Source: Candidatus Levyibacteriota bacterium
GTDB taxonomy: Bacteria > Patescibacteriota > Microgenomatia > Levybacterales > UBA12049
Assembly (NCBI GenBank): GCA_016214555.1
Contig: JACROF010000002.1
Location: 69,416 to 133,415 of the forward strand
Length of the DNA: 64,000 nucleotides
Direction of reading: 5' to 3'
The notes under the pieces were generated by a model. The model saw only the letters and a list, made by a program, of their open reading frames with translations, was not told the DNA's origin and made no database searches. The translations under genes were made by a program, and so were the position numbers. Below are positions 19,001 through 28,290 of this stretch, piece by piece (the stretch's first letter is position 1; each line of letters opens with the position of its first letter).

Positions 19001-19423
19001 AAGGCTATTATCGTAATGTTAGTTATCCCTCTATCAATCTCTGGCGTATTTATTGTCTTTGCACTCACAAAAACACCTCTGTCATTCCCAGCACTTATTG
19101 GTATTCTTGCGCTCTTTGGCATTGTAGTAAAAAATGCTATTCTTGTTGTCGACAAAATCAATGCAAATGTAGCAATCGGCATGAAATTTGCCGACAGTAT
19201 CGTTGATGCATCAGAGAGTAGACTTGAGCCAATTGCGCTGACCTCTCTTGCAACAATTTGTGGATTGATCCCTATTACAGTCTCTGATCCACTCTGGAGA
19301 GGACTTGGCGGAGCGATCATTGCAGGACTTCTTTTTTCAGGAACCATAATGCTCTTCTTTATTCCTGTTGTCTACTACAACTGGTTCAATCCAGTAAAAA
19401 AGACAAGGATAAAACGATCATGA
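16076..19423 (+). CDS. RND efflux transporter permease (AcrB/AcrD/AcrF family)
   Basis: 1115 aa; GLLVDDTIVV, GIVVKNAILVVD and RLEPIALTS motifs. Confidence 0.93.
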   Translation: MKTETSYLHHLRFDSRLKNSFVAKYLSNPRLVILLLLTIIGIGATSYASLPRRVNPEINIPIIVVSTVLPGANPQDVESLVSQPIEDGIDSVANIKTVSSTSQENVSIVQIEFNSGIDPDKARGDIQSAIDQVELPTDALSPKVIKIDFENQPVWTFTLIGKGDVASLSRFAIKLKNDLENKSSIDNATTNGLEEREISVIIDPSRIATYGITPFQLSSLVKASVGSFPAGTVLTQNSSFALSIDPAVTSVEDVRNLQLNIQGTIVPLSSIATITERSKPNQSPSYFASHTREPERSITFNVYKTSTANIDQATKDAEKIVHENIASYKGQFETLTIVNSGELINEQFNELIRDFSITTILVFIVLFVFLGARQAFVSFFAVPLTFLISFSVMKFTGISLNFLSMFSLLLSLGLLVDDTIVVISAMTSYYRSKKFTPLETGLLVWKDFLTPILTTTLTTVWAFLPLLLSTGIIGEFIKAIPIVVSSTLLASLAVALLVTLPLMIILLKPAIPSRVVVLFRILFVMFLLSIFAFIVPKGIFLPFAFLALFVFLFVTAKARLGLVRKSKIFIEKTKRNHQSLKVAPSFIDNGVFDFGRFSIKYRRALAKILATKENRRRAVFMVITFSLFSYLLVPFGFVKSEFFPKSDQDFVYVSVELPAGTNTDTAEKESLYLLKTLRNTKDVSYVIVDIGQAFSQSGGQASSGSNNILYSLVLPKNRSSSSIDIAQNLRDTLSGYTPGKLTVTEESGGPPAGADVQIKLFGDDIPTIDSYANNVVSYLEKQKGTTDISKSIKPGTSKIVFVPNQTKLLQNNLTQDQVGIWLRSFASGFTLDSVKFGNEAVPGNKKQDITFRMSPKLESVSDISTLSIPTQSGPVAISSLGKLKLESNPTLITREDGKRTISITATVTKGYQASEINKNLESYADNNLNLPDGYSWKTGGANEENQNSVTSILAAMLLSFLLIVVTMVIQFGSFRKAIIVMLVIPLSISGVFIVFALTKTPLSFPALIGILALFGIVVKNAILVVDKINANVAIGMKFADSIVDASESRLEPIALTSLATICGLIPITVSDPLWRGLGGAIIAGLLFSGTIMLFFIPVVYYNWFNPVKKTRIKRS

Positions 19424-19974
19424 ACGAGAGACAAAAAAGAGCCTCTGTTGAAATGCACTTAGTAGGCAGAGAGGATCAGTCTCCAGAAGAGTTTTTGTCT
19501 GAAAGGCAGAGAATGAAGATACACTATTCTCAGCCTGCATTTCCTCAATCTCCTGAGGTGATAAAAAAGAGAGCATCACAAATCATATATGAGAGTCCAC
19601 TCACAGTAACAATCCCTGGCTATAAACCTTCCCCAGTTAGTGACGTGTCTGAAGACGCTATCGTAGAGTATGACAAGACAGGCAGAGCAGTGAAGGTCAC
19701 TGGGTCGACACTTGAATACACGCGCGAATACAGTCCCAATGGATATATCACTCATGAAGTGATTAGGAAAACAGATGCAGAAGGAATTGTCACTGAGGAA
19801 TTCTGTGAATTTAGCTACGGTATGCAGCGAGGGAATTATTGTGTCCAAAGAATATCAGTTACTCCATACAGAGTAACAGGTGAGCAAAAAACACAGATCA
19901 AGTCGACATTCCTCATAGATCTTACGGATCTTTATCCACACGTGCCACTTAAAAAGTCAGCTCCATCTTTTTAA
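19420..19974 (+). CDS. Hypothetical protein
   Basis: 184-aa ORF with ATGA overlap to the RND gene. Confidence 0.6.
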   Translation: MNERQKRASVEMHLVGREDQSPEEFLSERQRMKIHYSQPAFPQSPEVIKKRASQIIYESPLTVTIPGYKPSPVSDVSEDAIVEYDKTGRAVKVTGSTLEYTREYSPNGYITHEVIRKTDAEGIVTEEFCEFSYGMQRGNYCVQRISVTPYRVTGEQKTQIKSTFLIDLTDLYPHVPLKKSAPSF

Positions 19975-20097
19975 ATCAAGTCTAGAGTCATAGTAATTTC
20001 TAATTATAGTGCTGTCGTGAAAAATCACGATTCCTCAACATAATTTTCACCAAAAGATTGACAGTGTTAGGATATAGTTTGTGTCTGTTTATCATAA

Positions 20098-20126
20098 TTG
20101 ACAGAAAAATCATCCTCCGGTAGTAT
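20098..20126 (+). promoter_or_regulatory. Sigma70-type promoter of the TasA/SipW operon
   Basis: TTGACA-17bp-TAGTAT. Confidence 0.7.
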
Positions 20127-20144
20127 GTTTGTTATGGGTAATAC

Positions 20145-20163
20145 GCCGGCCGTCAACGGAGGC
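20145..20163 (+). promoter_or_regulatory. Leader RNA motif, copy 1 (GCCGGCCGTCAACGGAGGC)
   Basis: Matches the copy at 32083-32101(-) at 15 of 19 positions; CCGT/ACGG hairpin. Confidence 0.7.
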
Positions 20164-20286
20164 GAGGTGTTGAAGACATAATTGTCTTAACATATCAGGA
20201 AGTTTCCCTAGAAGTGCGACTCATACAATAATTTATGAATACTACCTGCCTGGTATCGTATACTTTATTATACTGTAAAAATCGCC

Positions 20287-20327
20287 ACCCCTTACATCCA
20301 AGGTTGGAAGGATGTGAGGGGTTTTTT
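20287..20327 (+). terminator. Leader intrinsic terminator 1
   Basis: ACCCCTTACATCC..GGATGTGAGGGGT stem followed by a T run. Confidence 0.75.
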
Positions 20328-20333
20328 GTGGAT

Positions 20334-20384
20334 CCCACTCTCACTGTGTCTAAATTCAGGTGAACTGTAAGAGTGGGTGTTTTT
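20334..20384 (+). terminator. Leader intrinsic terminator 2
   Basis: CCCACTC..GAGTGGG stem followed by TGTTTTT. Confidence 0.55.
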
Positions 20385-20420
20385 ATTAAAAGTACCCTAC
20401 CTATGAAAGGAGGTGAATGT

Positions 20421-22157
20421 ATGAAAAAATTTTTAACACTTTTTTTTACCCTTACACTTTTTGTTCTAGTCAAACCAACCTTCGCAGATACTGTAAACGT
20501 TAATTTTGAGAACCCACCATATAATCTTGGGGTCATTAATGCCCAAGACGGGTGGAGCAGTCTAGGATCAGCAGGATCAGGATGCGCAGTATATGATCAC
20601 GCTGTAAATAGTGCTCTAGGAACAACAGGATTTGGATCACAATCTCTTCGTATCTCAAATGCTATAACAAGCGGGTGTTTTGGAGATCAAACATTCTCAA
20701 AGTCACTCATAAATGAAGCAGGTGAATCATCAGCTGTAAACAATGGTTTGTCTGGCGGGACAAGACAGACACATTTTGAAGGCTCGTTTGACCTATCCTC
20801 CACAGTACCTGGGGCAGAACAACCTGGACTGTTTATGTCTGTTTCACCAGATAGAGGAGATGGAGCCCGTATGAGTTACCTTAAGCTCGAAGATCAAGCT
20901 GACGGAGTTCATGTTTTTTTCGATGACTATGTAGACGCAGCTCCTCTTGGAGGACCTGTTGGCGACAGTAATGGATGCAGTGCCGAGGATGATTTTGTTG
21001 AAAGTGATGTCGCTACACTCAGTCGCGCACCACATTCAATCAAATTTAGTATGGACTTCGTTGATGGCCCAAGAAACGACGTTGTAAAAATCTATATTGA
21101 TGGTACTTTAGTCCATACTGGAACAAGCTGGGAGGATTACTTTAGATATTGTGAATCAAACCCAACTAGACCCGTTGATAGTATTTTGTTTAGAACAGGA
21201 GGAGGAGGCTTGCCAAGTGCCCCTGCAACAGCTGGAAATGGATTCTTAGTTGACAACCTTTCACTTCGCTCTGGTCCATCAACAGTGAAAGTAATTCTTG
21301 ACAAATATATTGATGGGGTGATGGCTACATCTGTCACTGCAAATAGTTCCGCATTCCCAATGAACGCAACATGGAGCGCAGATAATATCGGCGCAGGAAG
21401 TGGATCATACAACTTGAGTACAGTAGGATTTAATAGCCCAAATCCCTATGAGGCTGTTACATCCGATATGACCTTTGGTGCTGATTACACTACAAATGAA
21501 GTCACCTGAGGTCCAGTAGTTGGAGCAACATGCTCAACTGGTCAACCATTTGCACTTGTTGGTTATACGACAGGAGACACGCTGTCTGCTGCTGAGGGAG
21601 CAACACCAACGGTGGCTGTTCCAAACTTCACTGACCTTGAGTCAAACAAGTATGTAATCGTCTGGAATCAGACATGCCCACCACCTGACCCATATGCAGT
21701 ACCAGCAGAGTGCGTAGCAACAGGCTTTACGTATGGCGCACCTATTGTTGGCACAGGAGGCAATAACTCTATCAATGGAACTGGCGGAAATGATCTCATA
21801 TTTGGACTTGGTGGCAACGATAAAATTGATGGAAGAGGTGGTAACGACTGTATCGTTGGAGGAGATGGAAATGACAAGCTATCTGGAGGCACAGGTCTAG
21901 ATGTGTTGCTTGGAGGCATTGGAAATGACGCACTTAGTGGAGACAGCGGCAATGATGTCCTCTATGGCAATGAAGACAATGACAGTCTCAAAGGCGGGTC
22001 AGACAATGACAGGCTTTACGGTGGCACTGGAAATGACGCTCTAGATGGAGGAAGCGATGACGACATCCTCAATGGAGAAGCAAATAGTGATGCTGCTAAA
22101 GGAGGATCTGGAATTGACGCATGTACTGCTGAATCAGTTAAGCAGTGCGAGGTCTAA
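20421..22157 (+). pseudogene. Secreted protein with C-terminal RTX (hemolysin-type Ca-binding) repeats, interrupted by one in-frame TGA at 21507-21509
   Basis: The two supplied ORFs share a frame and the linker reads as coding; GGxGNDxL repeats; AAAGGAGGTGAA SD; signal peptide. Confidence 0.75.
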
Positions 22158-22242
22158 TGGTAATTTGTAGTAGTCAATCTTACCCTTGACTACTACCTAA
22201 TACTTACTTAGAAAACAAATAAAGAAAGGAGGTGAATCACAC

Positions 22243-22827
22243 ATGATCAACCGAAAAATTGCATTAAGTAGTATGTCTATCTTCGCATCTCTTGCGCTGA
22301 TGGGCGGTGCTACTTTCGCATTCTTCAGCGACTCAGCAACAAGTACTGGAAATTCATTTGCAGCAGGAAGTTTTGATCTTAAGATTGGAACCTCAGCTCC
22401 AGCAGCATCTGATTCAATAGGAGCAGTATTTGCAAGCGCAAACATGATCCCAGGTGCAACTCCCGAAACAGCAACAATATTTTTACGAAACACTGGAACA
22501 GTGGCAGGCAACAAGGCTTACTTAAAAATAGAGAACGTTGGGGGAATTGACAACAACGCCAATCAGCCCACTCCAATGACTCGACAAGTTGATATTACTG
22601 TCTCATTAGACGGCACGCCCGTTCTCATTCCAGATACAAATGGGAATGCAAGGCAAGACCTTGAAGACCTTCAGCTATCAGGTAATGGTCTTCAAATTGG
22701 TACTATAACTGACACCGGAGTAGACCATACTTTAGTTGTTACAGCAGGATTAAATTCTGGCGCTGGCAACGAGTATCAAGGAGACTCAGTCACAGCAGAC
22801 TTGAGAGCAACTCTTACTCAAGACTAA
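22243..22827 (+). CDS. TasA/CalY (camelysin)-family protein with SipW-dependent signal peptide
   Basis: GGATFAFFSD..STGNSFAAGSFDL, NMIPG, LRNTG and AGNEYQG motifs. Confidence 0.85.
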   Translation: MINRKIALSSMSIFASLALMGGATFAFFSDSATSTGNSFAAGSFDLKIGTSAPAASDSIGAVFASANMIPGATPETATIFLRNTGTVAGNKAYLKIENVGGIDNNANQPTPMTRQVDITVSLDGTPVLIPDTNGNARQDLEDLQLSGNGLQIGTITDTGVDHTLVVTAGLNSGAGNEYQGDSVTADLRATLTQD

Positions 22828-22889
22828 TTCAGGCAGGTGGTGGGGGAGCGTATACACCCCCACTACCTCTGAGGAAAGGATAAGTACGT

Positions 22890-23495
22890 ATGAAAAATAA
22901 ATTGAAAAAAATTAGCAATCACAAGGTTGCAAAACACACCAAGACTGTATTGAAGTGGAAATTTAGTGTGATTTCATTTATATTTCTGCCTCTAGCTATT
23001 TTCACCCTTCTTACAGCCAAAACGACAATAATTCCAACAATCCAATCATTTGTCGTACTAACAGGTAGCATGAAACCCACCCTACCAATTGGCGCTGTTG
23101 TTTACACCCAAAAAGGAAGCGCCATACAAAAAGGTGATGTCATCACTTTCTCAAATAACAAAGGGCAAATTATCACACACCGTGTTGTAGATATTAAAAA
23201 AGCAACGAGCGGACTATCCTACCAAACAAAAGGAGACGCCAACAACACCACAGACCAATCTCTTGTCCCTTCAACCAGTATCAAAGGGAAAGTTCTTTTT
23301 TCACTGCCATACCTTGGTTATCTTATTAATGCTTTAAGAAGTCCTGTTGGGTTTCTGATGTTTGTTATCTTGCCAATTTTGATTTTTATTGCGCTTGAGC
23401 TATGGAATATCAAAGGAGAGATTGAAAAATCAATTGAGAGAAAGCTGAGGCAAGAATTAAGTATCAAAAAATATGAAAAAATTGATATTTCTTAA
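22890..23495 (+). CDS. sipW: Signal peptidase I, SipW type (S26B)
   Basis: VLTGSMKP, ITHRVV, TKGDAN and LPYLGY motifs. Confidence 0.9.
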   Translation: MKNKLKKISNHKVAKHTKTVLKWKFSVISFIFLPLAIFTLLTAKTTIIPTIQSFVVLTGSMKPTLPIGAVVYTQKGSAIQKGDVITFSNNKGQIITHRVVDIKKATSGLSYQTKGDANNTTDQSLVPSTSIKGKVLFSLPYLGYLINALRSPVGFLMFVILPILIFIALELWNIKGEIEKSIERKLRQELSIKKYEKIDIS

Positions 23496-24129
23496 TCTTA
23501 TTACGATGACTGTTTTGTTTGGATTATCATATTCGGTAACACGTGCATTATTTGCTGATAGTGCTACAAGCACCAGCAATTCTTTTACAGCAGCAGCCGA
23601 ATTTCCATCACCTACTCCTACACCAAGTTCATCAGTAGGATCAGTGGTCATCAACGAGCTCATGTGGTCGGGCAGCACAAATACAGATGATGAATGGCTT
23701 GAGCTTCGCAACATGACAAGCTCACCAATTGATCTTACTAACTGGAAATTGGAAGGAAACACTACTCTCACAATCGCATCAGGGACTATTCCAGCAAATG
23801 GTTATTTCCTAGTATCACACTTTGCTGAGACTGATGAAAATTCAATTCTCGGCATCACGCCAGATATCGTTTCTCCATCCGTTCAACTTAATAACACAAA
23901 TCTACAATTAACTTTACGAGATGCTTCTAGCAATATAGTTGACCAAGCAGATGATGCAATTAACCCTCCCTTTGCTGGGAGCAACACTACTCCTAAAAAG
24001 TCAATGGAAAGAAACCTTGTGCCTGGAGATGGAACTGTGTCATCAAACTGGCATACAGCATCTACACAACTTAATCTTGACAGCGGAGCACTCGAGTCTG
24101 CTACTCCAAAAGGAGCAAATAGCTTATGA
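23473..24129 (+). CDS. SipW-signal protein with lamin-tail domain
   Basis: TRALFADSATSTSNSFTA signal; VVINELMW, EWLELRN and IDLTNWKL motifs. Confidence 0.85.
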   Translation: MKKLIFLNLITMTVLFGLSYSVTRALFADSATSTSNSFTAAAEFPSPTPTPSSSVGSVVINELMWSGSTNTDDEWLELRNMTSSPIDLTNWKLEGNTTLTIASGTIPANGYFLVSHFAETDENSILGITPDIVSPSVQLNNTNLQLTLRDASSNIVDQADDAINPPFAGSNTTPKKSMERNLVPGDGTVSSNWHTASTQLNLDSGALESATPKGANSL

Positions 24130-25073
24130 GAATTTTAAAGAATAAATTGATTCACGTTGGCATACTATTAATTGCAGTGACCCTTATTGCTTTTCATACT
24201 CATGCTATTCAGAAAATTTTCTGGCCGGAAAGAGTCGAAGCGGTTGGGGATCTGACCATTAACTGGGGAATTGGCACTGGCAATGTAGGGCCTATCTTTA
24301 CTCTCAACGATATGGCCCCAGGCCAATCTGAGCAAAAAACGGTAAGCGTTAGCAATGGAAGCCTCAATCCGCTCACCATTAGCGTAAGAGGAGTAAAAGC
24401 TTTAGAGACTGCAAGCCTAGCTAATGTAATGAACATTGCCATTTCCCACAATGGTGTGGATCTATATGGAGGTTCTAGTCCTACTGGATTTAAAACATTG
24501 GCAGACTTTTTTTCAGATAGCTCAAACATCCTGGGAATCTCACTTAAAACACAGAGCCCAAACACAACAGAAAATTATCAATTTACCATAACTTTTAACG
24601 AATCTGCAGGCAACACATACCAAAACGCATCACTATCTTTTGATATTCATATGGGAATAGCTATTGACATCCCAATTGCTTGCCAATCAATTAATTTTGG
24701 CACTCATGAGCCAATTATTGGATCTAAGAAAAGCGAGAAACTAACTGGTACAGCTCAAAATGACCTGATACTTGGAATGGGTGGCAGTGACAAAATTGAT
24801 GGCAAAGGAGGCCATGACTGCATTCTGGGTGGAGACGGTAGTGACTCAATTACAGGAGACACCGGCGATGATGTCCTAGTAGGTGAGGGCGGAAGCGATA
24901 CTATTCGAGCAGGAAGTGGAAACGACACCATTACTGGAGGCAACGGAGCAGATAGCATGTACGGAGACGCAGATAATGACACAATTGTTGGAGATGGTGG
25001 ATCAGACAAAGCGGTTGGTGGAACAGGGACTGATACTTGCAGCGCAGAATCAAAATCACAGTGTGAATTATAA
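24126..25073 (+). CDS. TasA-like domain protein with C-terminal RTX repeats
   Basis: DMAPGQS..AGNTYQNASLSFD followed by GGxGSDxI repeats. Confidence 0.8.
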   Translation: MRILKNKLIHVGILLIAVTLIAFHTHAIQKIFWPERVEAVGDLTINWGIGTGNVGPIFTLNDMAPGQSEQKTVSVSNGSLNPLTISVRGVKALETASLANVMNIAISHNGVDLYGGSSPTGFKTLADFFSDSSNILGISLKTQSPNTTENYQFTITFNESAGNTYQNASLSFDIHMGIAIDIPIACQSINFGTHEPIIGSKKSEKLTGTAQNDLILGMGGSDKIDGKGGHDCILGGDGSDSITGDTGDDVLVGEGGSDTIRAGSGNDTITGGNGADSMYGDADNDTIVGDGGSDKAVGGTGTDTCSAESKSQCEL

Positions 25074-25155
25074 AAAGATCTTTTCACTTCATGGGTAGAG
25101 ATTTCCTAAACATGAAGTATCAAATATCTTTTTTTGAAAGGAGGTGAATACAAAA

Positions 25156-25761
25156 ATGACAAATCTAAAAACAAAAATTACAACCGGTCTCGTGACTGCT
25201 GGTATTATTGCCAATTTTGTTGCTCCAGCAGCTTTTGCGGATACAGATGTTACTGTTAAAGAAAACGGCGATAGTTCAACTAACAAAGTTAAGGTTAAGA
25301 ACAAACACGTCGTCAAGGTTAAGCAAAAAAACACAACAAATATAACAAATTCTGTTGGCTTGACTCAAAGCACTGGCGGTAACAACGCCAAGAAAAATAC
25401 CGGTGGCGATGTCACCCTTACAAGCGGGGACGCTACAGCTAATGTAACCATCGACAACACAACAGATGGCAATACAGCTACAGTTGATGGGTGTGGCTGC
25501 GCTGGTGGAGACACAACAGTAAATGTTGAAGGCAATGGAGCCGACTCAACAAATAAAGTTAAAGTCTCCAACGTTAATGTCACAAAGGCTACTCAAAAGA
25601 ACACAACAACTGTGATCAACGGAGTAAGTATTGGACAGACAACGGGTGGCAATTCAGCAAATAGCAACACAGGTGGATCAGTTGATGTTACATCTGGTGA
25701 TGCTGATGCTACTGTAGGCATTGCCAACTCAGTTGGTGAAAACTCTTTAACTATTAACTAA
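25156..25761 (+). CDS. Secreted Asn/Gly/Thr repeat protein (2 repeats, Lys-rich)
   Basis: Signal peptide; NG..S.N..Q.N..TGGN.A..NTGG.V..SGDA repeats; strong SD. Confidence 0.85.
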   Translation: MTNLKTKITTGLVTAGIIANFVAPAAFADTDVTVKENGDSSTNKVKVKNKHVVKVKQKNTTNITNSVGLTQSTGGNNAKKNTGGDVTLTSGDATANVTIDNTTDGNTATVDGCGCAGGDTTVNVEGNGADSTNKVKVSNVNVTKATQKNTTTVINGVSIGQTTGGNSANSNTGGSVDVTSGDADATVGIANSVGENSLTIN

Positions 25762-25789
25762 TAGTTTGAGTAAATCTTCTAGAAGGACA

Positions 25790-25828
25790 AGGCCCTGCCC
25801 AGGCTGACGAGCCCAGGCAGGGTTTTTG
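25790..25828 (+). terminator. Intrinsic terminator
   Basis: GCCCTGCC..GGCAGGGT stem followed by a T run. Confidence 0.7.
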
Positions 25829-25877
25829 TTGAGAAAACTCTTACACAAAATATACAAATATGGTATAAACTATAGGT

Positions 25878-26309
25878 ATGCGATTTATCCTCCTTTTCCT
25901 CTCAATTCTTTCCTTTATTGGACTTAAAAAAACTTTTGCCGAGACAAATGTTGTAGTAAAGTCAAATGGTGGTTCAAGTCACGTAAATGTTGTTTCTAAA
26001 ACGAGCTCAGGCGACAGCACAACCTCAGAGAGTCATGTAACAATTGAGAACAATGGGGAAGTTAAGACCTTTGATGTTACAGGGGATGAGTCAATTGATT
26101 GGACCTCAGATGATGGCAAATCTACAGTCAAAATTAACGCTCAGACAATTACGCCATCACCCAAAGCCTCCATGTCACCAACAGTTACAAAAAATGAGGA
26201 ATCAAAATCCACAGTGTCTTTGAGTCAAGACCAACCCAAAAAGTCAGTTTCTCTTTATGAGCTTGTTAAGAAAGTACTTCAGGACATCTTTTCCTCTTTT
26301 GGTAGATAA
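25878..26309 (+). CDS. Secreted Ser/Thr-rich hypothetical protein
   Basis: Signal peptide ending TFA; beta-rich N-terminus. Confidence 0.7.
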   Translation: MRFILLFLSILSFIGLKKTFAETNVVVKSNGGSSHVNVVSKTSSGDSTTSESHVTIENNGEVKTFDVTGDESIDWTSDDGKSTVKINAQTITPSPKASMSPTVTKNEESKSTVSLSQDQPKKSVSLYELVKKVLQDIFSSFGR

Positions 26310-26360
26310 ACCATATTTGTCTTACTTGACAAACAGCGCAATATTTTTCAAACTATATAT

Positions 26361-26507
26361 GTGGCTAGTAAATCTGTCAAAAAAACATCGCAAAAAAGCC
26401 GTCTTGAAAACCCTGTTCACAACTTGATAGGATATGGGGCACTTCTTGTCTTATCTTTTGTCGTTCTTGCTATTGTCTACAGTCTCCAGTGGTACATCAT
26501 TCCCTGA
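26361..26507 (+). CDS. Small single-TM protein (48 aa)
   Basis: GTG start, basic N-terminus, one hydrophobic helix; TTGACA upstream; below the ORF-track size cutoff. Confidence 0.5.
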   Translation: MASKSVKKTSQKSRLENPVHNLIGYGALLVLSFVVLAIVYSLQWYIIP

Positions 26508-27053
26508 TTCCTTCGCAAAAATCAAAAGCCTTTTCCAATCAGTCCCAATAGGTGTGCAGGTTTGTAGTATAAGAACATCATCTTTTCTCTGAGTAACTTC
26601 ATTAACTTGCCTTGGGCTGACCTCTTTTTTATCAACAACAGCATAGTGGTACTCTTTACTTTGCTTCCACACAACAATACTATCTCCTTTTTCAAGCTCT
26701 CCCAATCGAAGAAAGATGCTATTGTATCTTGTAAGTTCCCAAGGTGAGCTAGATGAGTGTGCAAAAAGATATATTGGTCCACTTTCTCCTGGCAGGGCAA
26801 ATCCCTTTGCGTGTGCAATTCCTTTTTTTAAAGCAGGTATGTATTCATTTTTATTCCAGGGATCAACTTGTGCAATGATATTGCCTGAAGCACGTATTTT
26901 TGGAATCCAAATTGAAAATTCTCTTTCATATACCGAGGGCATTGATGTAGGGAAAAAGTATGCGTGGAATACGGGAAAAAATATATATAAAAATCCTAAA
27001 AAAGACAACAATACTAAGCCATTCCCAATTCCTCTTACAAGTCTATTTTTCAT
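26451..27053 (-). CDS. Sortase
   Basis: N-terminal TM; catalytic His (LFAHS), Cys (LQTC) and Arg (WKRL). Confidence 0.92.
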   Translation of the reverse strand: MKNRLVRGIGNGLVLLSFLGFLYIFFPVFHAYFFPTSMPSVYEREFSIWIPKIRASGNIIAQVDPWNKNEYIPALKKGIAHAKGFALPGESGPIYLFAHSSSSPWELTRYNSIFLRLGELEKGDSIVVWKQSKEYHYAVVDKKEVSPRQVNEVTQRKDDVLILQTCTPIGTDWKRLLIFAKESGNDVPLETVDNSKNDKR

Positions 27054-27113
27054 CTGAGTATTGTAGCTAATTCGACTCACAAGGTCAAAAAAAATCCCCT
27101 TGCGGGGATGTTT

Positions 27114-28250
27114 TTAGATTGCAAATGCACCAGGAGACCTGCCGGATCTCAGTCTTAACAGCACACCGAAAAATAACATCAAGAGATTTCCAAGAATGGC
27201 AAGTAATATCCAAGGATTTCCTGTTGCTGGCAACACCTCGCCTGTTGTTGTACCGAGTACAGAATTAGATGTCCCACCACCATTTCCACCTGATGATGGA
27301 GGGTTACCACCATTTCCTGAAGGTGGAGGTGGGGGAGGAGGATTGCATCCATCTCCTTCACATGGTGGTGGAGGAGGTGGTTCTTTGCATCCACAATCCA
27401 CAGTAACTTCACTCTGATTTGCTTGGTTGTCGACATCGATTGAGACATGAATATCACCAGTTTTTATCGCGACATCTCCATTGTTACCATTTGCGTTATT
27501 ATTCCCAGTGATCAAATTCCAAATGCTGTGATTAAAGATGTCTGAAACATTTGAAATAGCAATCGTAGTGCTGGTGTCTTCTCTTAGAGTTATGGTGTTA
27601 ACACTGCCTTCACCATTTCCTGAAATTTTGATTTGAAATCCACCGTTTCCACCTGTTAAAGCGTTAACAATTGCGAGATTTGTTTTATTTTTGATGCTTT
27701 CTTCTACAGTAATATTTCCTGTTGTGATTGCTACATTTCCGTTGTTATTGTTAGCGTTATTGTTACCTGTAATAGCTGTTCCAGATATGTTATTTGTGAT
27801 AGTTGCTTGCTGATTAATACTTATTGCGCTTGTAGTAATACTTGTATAACCAACAGTGTTTATGGAGTTAGCGCCATTTCCAGAAATGATAGCCTGACTG
27901 TCATGATTGTCGCAACATGCACCAGCTGTTATGTCACTATTATTCATACTGTTAGCGATGGTTGTGTCTGTACTGATATTTCCCGTGGTAACAGCGGTAT
28001 CTCCTCCAGTATTGTTACTTGCTGAATTGTCTCCTGTGTTAGCCAAGACATTTACATCATTGTTAACCTCAGCATTATTTTCCTGAGAAACATGTACATC
28101 ATGGGACTGACTTATAGATACATCACTCGAAGATCCATCGCCATTACCAGTAATTGTCAGCGTCTCTGCATGAGCAGTACTCACTGCAAAAGGCAGGAGA
28201 GTCGCACTAAAAACGGTCAAAATAATTTTATCTTTTTTCATCACTAACAT
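27114..28250 (-). CDS. Asn/Gly/Thr repeat protein with LPXTG sorting signal
   Basis: Three repeats, Pro-rich linker, LPATG + TM + basic tail. Confidence 0.88.
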   Translation of the reverse strand: MLVMKKDKIILTVFSATLLPFAVSTAHAETLTITGNGDGSSSDVSISQSHDVHVSQENNAEVNNDVNVLANTGDNSASNNTGGDTAVTTGNISTDTTIANSMNNSDITAGACCDNHDSQAIISGNGANSINTVGYTSITTSAISINQQATITNNISGTAITGNNNANNNNGNVAITTGNITVEESIKNKTNLAIVNALTGGNGGFQIKISGNGEGSVNTITLREDTSTTIAISNVSDIFNHSIWNLITGNNNANGNNGDVAIKTGDIHVSIDVDNQANQSEVTVDCGCKEPPPPPPCEGDGCNPPPPPPPSGNGGNPPSSGGNGGGTSNSVLGTTTGEVLPATGNPWILLAILGNLLMLFFGVLLRLRSGRSPGAFAI

Positions 28251-28290
28251 AATGTATGTTTGGGGGCAGAGGACTATTTGGTTGGCAGAC

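Noticed and set aside
20130-20330. c-di-GMP or other known riboswitch in the matrix leader
   Set aside because: I could not find the GEMM or other aptamer consensus; only the 19-nt motif and terminators are supported.
21507-21509. Genetic code 25 (UGA=Gly) or selenocysteine
   Set aside because: Other genes end normally at TGA (for example the RND permease and the Trm11-like gene), long genes lack internal TGA, and the context is not a redox motif.
22167-22196. GTAGTAGTCAA/TTGACTACTAC as an IS-end remnant
   Set aside because: No transposase or target duplication; equally explained as an intergenic mRNA hairpin.
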